Shown: piece after piece, positions 54,315 through 64,000 of the stretch
Numbering within the stretch: the stretch's first letter is position 1
Layout of the letters: each line of letters starts with the position of its first letter
From: Octopus sinensis
Taxonomy: Eukaryota
Length of the DNA stretch: 64,000 bases
Reading direction: 5' to 3'
Assembly: GCF_006345805.1 (NCBI RefSeq)
Contig: NC_042998.1
Location: 122,326,001-122,390,000 of the forward strand
Position numbers and translations under genes: made by a program
The notes under the pieces: generated by a model
The model's input: only the letters and a program-made list of their open reading frames with translations
Told to the model about the DNA's origin: nothing
Database searches by the model: none

Positions 54315-55910
54315 TATAGCATTCTGGGTGTTGTGCCAAGTGCACCAATTACAACAGGAATAACTATTGTTTTTGTCTTCCAGAGTTTCCTTAGCATCAT
54401 GTCTAGATTCTGATATTTCTCAATTTTTTCAATTTCTAATATCGAAAATTTCAAAATCTATGATCTTACACTTTTTGTTTATTTTGTCCTTCGTCATCAT
54501 ATCTGGCCTTCTTGCTTCAATAATATGGTCAGTCTTTGTGGGGAAATCCCACAAGATCTTGTAGTTCTTATTTTTCTATCACACCCATTAATTTGTGCTC
54601 ATACCACTGTTCTGTTGTTTTGAAGCTACACACTTGGTTAACATTCCAATGCACTCTTTTGCCAACACAATCATGTCTGCTTTTATGATAGCATTTGTGC
54701 TGGTAAACTGTGCTTACTTGAAAAGTGAGTGATACTTTTTTCTTCTTTCCTGTAGATTCTACATTTGCTGTCTGAGTTTTGTTGATCTTTGCCTTTATCA
54801 GGTTTATTCTAAGGACTTGTTCTTGAGCAATTATAATTAGCAGTTCTGTCTCTCATCTAAGTTCCCATCTAACAACCAGAACCATTGCTCTTTACTTCTG
54901 GCTTTCTCAGTTTGTTGCATGAATTGGCCATGTAGTTCTATTTCTTTCCATCTGTTTGCTGTTATTCTTCCTTTTCTCGGTGGCTTTTCCTACTGTTTCA
55001 GTTACTTTTTAGGAATCTCTGTCTGCCTATAGTGTTCTTTCTTTACTCTGTACAATATAATATTTCAGACCCAGTATTGTAGTATTAACAGTGTCTTCTG
55101 CATTTAATAATCCCCTGCCACCTTTCTTTCTTAGTAGGTACAGTTGATCAGTATTGATTTGAGAGTGAAATGTGTTGTGCGTTGTGAATAACTTTCTAGT
55201 TCTTCTCTCCAAGTTCTGCAGCTTGATCTTTGCCCATTTCAAAAAGGGATCAGAGTATCTCAATATGGGCAATGCCCATGCATTTATGGCTTATGGCTTT
55301 AATCATGTGTCTACCATTTAATTTAGTTTCAAGTACCTTCCTAATTATCCTCTTGTACTCTTTAATGACTTACTCTCTCATTTCTCTTTCCATTTTCTTA
55401 TCTAGCAGCACTTATAGATATTTGTATCCCTCATTATTCCAGTGATATAATGATGTTGTCTTGTGGTAATATTATGCAATCATAGTTTACCCTCATAATT
55501 AGAATTGCACATTTATTTACCCCAAACTACTTTGTAATATCTTTATTCATTACACTTACTCCTTGTACTAAAGAGTCTAGGTCTGTCTCAATCTTTGTAT
55601 GCAGATTGAGGTCATCTGTATGAAGTAGGTGATTTATTCTCATCTTGGATTTGGTAAACTCTTAGGCAGGCCTAGATTTACTTATCAGGGCGATTAGCAC
55701 AATGATGAAGAGTAATAGAGAGAGCAAGTCTTGTTGAAAAATGCCCATGCATTGCTTAGTGACTCCTTCACAAATGTCAGTTCTACTTCTCATGCTCTCA
55801 TTACTTTCCTCAAAATATTGTTTATCTTCTCAATGACTCCAAGTAACCTCAGACACTCCAAGAGCCAGCTGTGTGAAGCATTGTCATAAGCCTTTTTATA
55901 ATCATTCTAT
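54315..55910 (-). mobile_element. R4/Dong-clade LINE (RT + restriction-like endonuclease), degenerate
   Basis: LYLLRKKGGRGLLN, ETELLIIIAQEQVL, RHDCVGKRVHW, KILWDF..TDHIIEARRPD, KIEKYQNL, PVVIGALGT. Confidence 0.88.
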
Positions 55911-56267
55911 CACTTTTGAATTTGAATGGAGGTGAGTTGTCTTGCTTGTCTATGACTTTCAGGTGTTTTAATGGAATCATCTTTCCAAAAGCTATTTTGC
56001 AGCAAACTGGCAAACAAAACACATACATTGAATATGTGCAGTTGATAATGCTTATAACACAAGCACTGTTTTTAATTTGTTATTGAATTTAATCTTATGT
56101 GTGCATCACCGTGGTACACCAGCAAATAGTTTTTCCACTATTTATATATAGTCATAGACTGGTGATTTGATTCCAGTACATGATGTTGATAAGCCACAAA
56201 AATGGTGAAATCCACGACTCCTGAATTCCATCAGAGGCAAGCTGTCTTAACTATCTTTTTGACTGTG

Positions 56268-57950
56268 TTTTTAAGTAGGAGGTTGCAAAGCTGACTTTAT
56301 CTTAGTTTAAGACTTTTGGGGTATGGAAACTTATTATGAGATTATATAGATTTGGTGAAGTGCATGAAAGATGAGTAGTGCCTGTGTTTACAAGAATAAA
56401 TAACATCAGAGAATCAATTAAGTAATGAGGAGTTATGAAAGTGAAGAATAATAAATGATTCTTTTAGACATAACCTACACTTCTAAATTATCAACCTTCT
56501 TAGCAACGTATATACACAACCTCAGATCTCAAAATATCCCATACACCCTATCCTGGTCCATAGTAAGCAAAGCTCCCCTATACAATGCAAACATCTGCAA
56601 GTGTAAGTTATGTCTAAAAGTATCATTAACCATTCTTTGCCTCATTATTTAATAGATTCTCTGATGTTATTTATTCTTATAAACATAGGTACTACTCATC
56701 TTTCACACTTTGCCAAATCTACATAATTCCATAATAAATTTCCATCCCCCAAAACCTTAAACTAAGACAAAGTCAGCTTTGCAGCCTTCTACTTAAAAAA
56801 TGCTAAACCTACCCCTCTTACTCTTTCTCATACACACATCTCCAGTTTCTTCCAAATTCTTCAAATCAACTACTTTACACAACACTCTTAGCCTCCCCAC
56901 CCTCCCCAGTCTCAAAAAGCACTTAATACCCCACTCCTTTGAAAACTAAATTTACTTCTACCTCTCTAACTACCTCTACTCCTTCTATCCCCTCTATCTA
57001 CCTCTACCCCCTCTACCCCTCTACTCACACCCCTCTATTCAATTTCATACTCCACTCTTTACCATAATACCTCACCCACCCCTCCAATACCAACTCATTT
57101 TCTTTGTCCCACTAACAACTACTTTTGACCACGTTCTTACCCCACTCAGCTACTGAACCAGTCAACTCATTTCTTTCAAATAGTAGCCATCCCCTTTTCA
57201 CTATCTCAGCCTTTAACTTTATACAAACTAACACAAAGGTCATCATTCCCATACTACCTAAACCATCCCTCCTCTATTACTATCACTAGCCTCTTTATTA
57301 ACCCTAACCCCAAAATCTGTTTTCTCCTCCCACTAACCTCTATCTAAACACTCCACCAACTACTCTTTCTTAGTTCTCCTTAGTTCTCCACAAAATCATC
57401 CCATCTTTAAATTCCATTCTGTCAACACCTCAAATGTAAAATTCTTCCCTGAAGACAGGGGCTGGTATTATCCGATGATACTCTCTCGCTTTTACTCTTT
57501 TACTTGTTTCACTCATTTGACTGCAGCTATGCTGGAGCACCGCCTTTAATCGAGCAACTCGACCCTGGGACTTATTCTTTTGTAAGCCCAGTACTTATTC
57601 TATTGGTCTCTTTTGCCGAACTGCTAAGTAATGGGGACATAAACACACCAGCATCGGTTGTCAGGCAATGCTAGGGGGACAAACACAGACACACAAACAC
57701 ACACACGCATATATATATATATATACATATATATGACGGGCTTCTTTCAGTTTCTGTCTACCAAATCCACTCACAAGGCTTTGGTCGGCCCGAGGCTATA
57801 GTAGAAGACACTTGCCCAAGGTGCCACGCAGTGGGACTGAACCCGGAACCATGTGGTTAGTAAACAAGCTACTTACCACACAGCCACAAGTTACAATCAT
57901 TATTTTGGAACACTAAGCCCCTAGAAACAGCTGTTGAACTCGTAAAACTC
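56268..57950 (+). mobile_element. Penelope-like element remnant (GIY-YIG C-terminus + inverted terminal repeat + hammerhead-like motif)
   Basis: LATYIHNLRSQNIPYTLSWSIVSKAPLYN...CKLCL resembles the PLE endonuclease C-terminus; inverted arms at 56268-56430 and 56640-56800; CTGAAGA...GAAAC motif. Confidence 0.6.
57486..57887 (-). mobile_element. SINE family A, young full-length copy
   Basis: Retains many CpGs; near-identical to 36783. Confidence 0.92.
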
Positions 57951-58121
57951 CTACTCAACCCCTTTAATTTCTGATATCATTTCTATTCTGTGTATGTCAG
58001 ACTTTTTTCTATATGTACATTTTTTTGTTTTATATGTAATTAATATTTTTTGTATATTGACTTGCCTAACTTGCTTGTTCTTACATTTACTCCTCTCTCT
58101 GTGTCTCTGTCTGTCTATATA

Positions 58122-58161
<40 letters not shown>

Positions 58162-58185
58162 TGTGTCTGTGCATGTATGTGTATG

Positions 58186-58470
58186 TGGGTAGGGTGTTGC
58201 ACTCATGATTGTGAGTTTGTGGTTTCAATTCCCAGATCAGGCATTGTATTGTGTTCTTGAGCAAAGCACTTCATTTCACAGTGCTCTGCAATCATTTTGG
58301 CATCTGACATGTGGCACATGGTGCACCTGTACAGGTAATGTCGATTTGATGGAGAGAGCGAGCTTATGTGAACACAAACATTTGATTACTATAAACAAAT
58401 CGCTTGTGTGGTTGTTCAGCAAGAAACTGCCAAATCCTCATACATCGTTTAACAATGGGAGAGTCCATTA
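58186..58470 (+). mobile_element. tRNA-derived SINE family E
   Basis: B-box-like gtttcaattcc followed by gtgttcttgagcaaagcactt core. Confidence 0.6.
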
Positions 58471-58496
58471 TACACCACACACACACACACACACAC

Positions 58497-58641
58497 ATGC
58501 AGTAAAATATATATCCAGTCATAGAATGACCAATGGTTTCACATCCATAAAGTGTTAAGCTTCATGGATACACTTCATGGATACACTTTATGGATGTGAA
58601 ACAGTATATATTGTGAAACCAGACATATATTTAACTGTATG
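58497..58641. repeat. Fold-back inverted repeat with a 13-bp tandem core
   Basis: Perfect 20-bp arms at 58536-58555 and 58583-58602. Confidence 0.8.
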
Positions 58642-59919
58642 AAAATACATTACTGCTCTATCCTTTAGAGTGTGTTTCTTTTCCAGGTAAATGATACACT
58701 GATGATATGTATGTATATATACATATGTAAAAATGCTTATATGTACATTGATATATAGATACACATTGATATATATGTATCTATATATACTCATGAATAC
58801 TCATTCACATGTGTGTGGTCTTTATATGCATACATACATATGTATCTTCTTTTTGCTCTATGCCACATCGTTTGTGAGAGACTACAGTATATCTTCCATT
58901 AGAGTTTCCATAGCTATTGTCTTAGACAAGATGGTCAGTCTAAGACCTTAGGCACCCCTTTGAAAGGCCATTGGATTATGTTTAGCTTATCCATCCTTTG
59001 ACTGGTCTTGTTTGTAGTTCAGCAGAGCATCCACAGTGCCCTCCACACCAAGAAAGGCAAATGAGAAAGCCAGATTAGTTGCCAACCACTCAACCACAAA
59101 CAGGAGTCCTGGGTTACATGGTACCAATAGCAGTATTTGTTTGACCTGACCTGCAGACTATTTTTGACCTGACATACGTTTATACATATGTGTATATATA
59201 TATATATAGTAAGCACATGCACTTACAAAGTGTAAGATATAAAACAGAGAAAGGGAACATATAAAATAGAGAAAGAGAAAGACAAGAGAGAGGAAGAGAG
59301 AAGTAGGGAGGGTGAGAAAATGCGCTTGTTTACGAGAATATCAATATTTGATTGCATTGATGTAATAATTAATAATCCAACCCATAATTAACCAATAAAA
59401 ACAGATATTGATGTAATTCAATTTGAAATATCAGAAATATCACTCCTTAAATTTTATTTTTCTAATAGCATGAGGATTTCTCTGTCATAAAAGTTATTGA
59501 ACTACTTAAAAAAAAAAGTAAATAATTATAGAACTAAAATTAGATGAACAAAACAAAAGCAAATGCTGCTTGATCCGGTAGTTTCTTTGTAAACATATTT
59601 GAATTTAGAACAAAACAAATTATCTCTTTGGAGTGGCCTTTGTTTTGTAAGTAATTTTAATAAGAGATCTTTAATCTCCATGTTTTATAGGCAATTGATG
59701 GTAGCTGATCATAGCTGGATTGGAGATTGGGTGTTGTAGAATGCGCGTAACATGGTAATGGTGGTAAGTAGGGTATAGGTAGGTTTATCATGATATGGTT
59801 GTAGGATGTGGGAATGGAGAGAATGGTAAATCATGCTGACATTGACATATGATGGAAGTGGCAAGACTAGTTGAAGCTACATATATTTTATAAAAATAGA
59901 TTCTATTACCACCATACCA

Positions 59920-60230
59920 TGGAAGGTATGTGGCCCAGTGGTTAGAAGTCTTTGGCTCACAATTATAAGGTCATGAGTTTAGTTCCTGGTGGTACATTGG
60001 GTCCTTGAGCAAGACAATTTTTTTTTTCACAGCTGGCAAAAATGAATAGTAACCGTATTTCAAAGGGCCAGACTTGTCATATTTTGTGTTACGCTGAATC
60101 TCCCTGAGAACTACATTAATGGTATGTGTGTCTGTGGAGTGCTCAGCCACTTGCACGTTAATTTCATGAGCTGGTCGTTCCATTGATCAGATCAGCTGGA
60201 ATCTTTGTTGTTGTAACCGACTGAATGACA
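59920..60230 (+). mobile_element. tRNA-derived SINE family F
   Basis: A-box TGGCCCAGTGG, B-box-like GTTTAGTTCC, gtccttgagcaagac core. Confidence 0.65.
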
Positions 60231-60644
60231 GGTTTAAGTTTACCAAGGAATCTATGCATAGTTGCTCAACCTATACAAAGACAAACAGATACACACAAAT
60301 AAATGCACACGCATACATGTACACACATACAGGCACACACATTTGCATCCAACCACACCTTACTGTCTTAAACATTCTCTTTTAATTGGGTTGGTCAGAG
60401 AAGAAAAAGTAGCATCCATTACTATTTTCAGGATGTCTGTGACTTGTGGGTAGGAAAGATGAAAGTTATCAAATCTAAGGGCCAGGTAGTGCTGTTAAAC
60501 CATACGACAAATTTAAGCCATCATCCAACCAAAATTCGGAATGGCCCTTCTGATGGGTTACCAACATCTGTCTACCAAAATTCAGTTACAAGGTGGTATC
60601 AAAAAGTTCCTGGACTAGTTATGTTTAATAAAAAATAACTTATA

Positions 60645-60947
60645 TTCTTTTATTTGCTTCAGTCATTTAACTGCGACCATGCTGGAGCACTGCTTTTTAG
60701 TCAAACAACTTGACCCTAGGACTTATTCTTTGTAAGCCTAGTATTTATTCTATTGGTATCATTTGCTGAACTGCTAAGTCACAGGGATGTAAGCGAACCA
60801 GCATCAGTTGTCAAGTGATGGTAGGCGTACACACACATACACACACACACACAAACACACATATATATGACAGGCTTGTTTCAGTTTTCATCTACCCATA
60901 CACAAGGCTTTGGTTAGCCCTAGGCTATAGTAGAAGACACTTGCCCT
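60645..60947 (-). mobile_element. SINE family A, 5'-truncated, nested in mariner
   Basis: Tail and body motifs; stops at cttgccc. Confidence 0.85.
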
Positions 60948-61346
60948 TCACCTTTGAAATAGTCACCTAGTGCATCAATACATCAGTCCCAGCATTCCTG
61001 CTACTTTTGAAATCCGACCTGGAAGTCATTTTCCATAAGTGAGAAGAGGATCTTCTGTGATTCATTCTTGATCTTGACAATGGTATTTAAACAGCGATCA
61101 ATGGGGAAGAGATGGAAGTCTGCAGGTGCTAAATCTGGTGAATAGGGTGGGTGTGGAAGTGAAACCATGTTGTTTTTGGCAAAACATTCACGAGTGAGGA
61201 GAGCTCAGAGTCAAGGTGCATTGTCATTGTGATGAATCCAATTCTTTGCACTCTGCAGATCCAACTACTTCTGCTAAATGCCCTCCCTCGAACGCTTCAA
61301 AATGTCATTGACTGTACTCAGACAATCCTCATGCACAAGCTCTCTG

Positions 61347-61779
61347 TACTCTTTTACTTGTTTCAGTCATTTGACTGTGGTCATACTGGAGCACTGCCTT
61401 TAGTCGAGCAAATCGATGCCAGGACTTATTCTTTGTAAGCCAAGTACTTATTCTATCAGTCTCTTTTATTGAACCGCTAAGTTACGGAGACGAAAACACA
61501 CCACCATCGGTTGTCAAGCGATGCTGGGGGGACAAACACAAACACATAAACATACACATGTATATATATATAGATATATATATATATATAATATATATAT
61601 ATACATACATATATACGATGGACTTCTTTCAGTTTCCATCTACGAAATCCACTCACAAGGCTTTGGTCGGCCCGAGGTTATAGTAGAAGACACTTGCCCA
61701 AGGTGCCATGCAGTGGGAATGAACTTGGAACCATGTGGTAGGTAAGCAAACTACTTACCACACAGCCACTCCTGTGCCT
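61347..61779 (-). mobile_element. SINE family A, full length, nested in mariner transposase
   Basis: Splits ctcatgcacaa|...aattttctccac, which is continuous in the 25.6-kb copy. Confidence 0.9.
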
Positions 61780-62534
61780 AGTGATGAATTTTCTCCACAT
61801 TTCCAGGGGTGATGCTCATGGCAGGTCTTCCAGATTGTACATTGTCTTCCAGAGATGTTCTTCTGCTTTTGAAGTGCCCATGCCACTTGAAACATTGGAT
61901 ATGACCCACTGCCTCATCGCCATAAGCATGCCAAACCATGCTCAATGTCTCTATAGCAAACTTCCCAAATTTAACACAAAATTTCATGTTTGTCTATGAC
62001 TACAGCATATGCGTCGATGTCTTGCAAACAACTTGCACATGCAAGTGCTACCAGTCAAGAACTCCACATACCGGAAGCCAGCAAGTGAATGGGGTCATCA
62101 GGAGAGAATGCATGCCATTTCGGGGCCTACCTCTCGACGGCATCAATGTGCACCACCACTCCCCCTAACTGATATGAGGCCCTGCTTGCTAGATCTACTG
62201 GTTATTAAATGAAGCTCACTATTTCTCTAGCCATTGCTCATCATCTCTTTTTAACCAAATCCAATGGCTAGCCTTCTTCACTGTAGTTTGGATATCGGTC
62301 ATGGTGGTATTGACATCACAGAAACACAAATTTCATAACTTGTTAAAGTAAACACAGCGATGTCACTCAGCACACTACCTCATGAAGGTCACTGCTAGTT
62401 GTCACTGTGCATGCAACCGTGTTCTGCTATCTATTGGTGCCCTACAAATCAAGTCCTGGAACTTTTTGATACCCCCTCCCTACCCAACTGTGGTAACAGC
62501 TCAGAAACTGCATGGCTGCGAGGTGAACTTTTTA

Positions 62535-62775
62535 ACAATATTTATGTCTTTATTGCCCACAGTGGGGCTCAACATAGAGGGGACAAACAAGGACAGACAA
62601 AGGGGTTAATTCGATTACATCGACCCCCCAGTGCATAACTGGTACTTATTTAATCGACCCCAAAAGGACGAAAGCAAAGTCAACCTCGGCGGAATTTGCC
62701 CTCAGAATGTAATGGCAGATGAAATAACGCTAAGCATTTCACCTGGCATGCTAACAGTTCTGCCAGCTCACTGCT
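62535..62775 (-). mobile_element. SINE family G (Nin-domain-like)
   Basis: actggtacttatttaatcgaccccaaaaggacgaaagcaaagtcaacctcggcggaatttg. Confidence 0.75.
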
Positions 62776-64000
62776 CTCTTTTTAACAATATTGCAATGTC
62801 ATGTCGTTGACAGTGTCCAAATAAAAGACAGAATAATCTGGGCTGGAATGCTTTAATCATGGGTCTGTTCAATCAAGGTCGAGCTAGAGCTGAACAACAG
62901 CAACAATAATGATAACAGCAATGTCAGCAACAGCAATAACAATAACAACAACAATGGTATGAATGAATAAGTTTGTGAAACTGTAAGAAATAACTTCCAG
63001 TTTTTTGTTGCAGTGACAAAATAATTCTCCTCTTATTCATTTCAATAGACTCATAAGAGAACTGGAACACTCTTATGTAAGCTAACAAAATATTTGTTTA
63101 TTTTAGAGGTTTCTTACATTTGAAAATTTCATGGTAGCAGCTCTGGCCAACTGACTAGTAAACATTCAATTTATGTATAGTTCACAGTACTTTGGTACTT
63201 ACTGTGGCTTTATAGTTGTGTATAGATCAGAAAAAGCTAATTATCCGAAGTGTTTTAACAGCACAAAATCTAAAGATAAACTCAGTAGACTATGGATGTC
63301 TGCTACAAGAAAGAGAGACAAATATAGGATCACAGTGGATAGTTTGTTCATTTTTCTAACTAAAGAAGCTGTTTAAAACCTCTTTTGTGTCTGTATCCAA
63401 CGTTAAAGCTGTAGTAAACCTGTAAGAACCATGAGTTATCCATAAATTGAAGGTCTTCAATCTGGTCAGATTCTGTTACAGATCTTTTCTAATTAACCAA
63501 TTTAGATTGCTTGATAAAATAGTTTAGATTATTTTAGTTTATTTTATAAAATATGTTGAACCAAGAATTAATTTACTCATATCAGATCTTAAAGTGAATT
63601 TATTTCATGTACTGCACTAAATTATCTCTCAGAATTTTACTTTGAGAGAACATTTACAAGACTGAGGAAAAAAAAAAAATAAATGTGCCAGCTCATATAT
63701 CATTACTGGTGCTGCACTATTTGTTAATTATAGAGTTCTCTTGCTACTGTAGCTATTTTGTTAGTTTGCAGTGGAGTTCTGTTATGAGTCTGCAGGAAGC
63801 AATGGGAAGCTGCTCCAGCATGTAATTTCAATCCGGCTTGTCATGGATGTCCGCCATAACTTTAATTACAAGCATGTCAGTAATGGTTATTGTGCCACAG
63901 TCTATTCAACATAAAACTCATCATGCACAATCATTTATCACCAGGTGGATATCTTATTTAAATTCAAGGGATTTAATGGCGATAATTACTGCACATCTTG

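Larger units (their letters stand above)
60587..62482 (-). mobile_element. Mariner transposon (same family as 25207), interrupted by two SINEs and an unknown insert
   Basis: TIRs caaggtggtatcaaaaagttcctggact / agtcctggaactttttgatacccc with TA flanks; MKFCVKFGKFAIET...SGRP. Confidence 0.9.

Overview
AT-rich, repeat-saturated eukaryotic (animal) DNA with no recognisable intact protein-coding gene. The SINE, LINE and microsatellite repertoire looks like an octopus (coleoid cephalopod) genome; this is an inference from repeat recognition, not a search result. The window holds: a long frameshifted CR1-group LINE ORF2 (3.0-5.9 kb); degenerate Tx1, R4/Dong and RTE LINEs; a Penelope-like remnant with an inverted repeat and a SINE-split hammerhead-like motif; three decayed mariner transposons; a decayed MULE transposon nested in an RTE LINE; three MITEs; many tRNA-derived SINEs; many RTE 3'-UTR fragments with structured internal tandem repeats; large microsatellites; and one 100-N gap. 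Most ORFs in the supplied track are microsatellite or repeat artefacts. One weak 68-nt exon candidate lies on the minus strand near 30.2 kb. The window is probably intronic or intergenic. I see no convincing novel multi-gene system; the most interesting signals are RNA structures and element-to-element relationships among the retroelements. Repeat boundaries were read by eye and are approximate.
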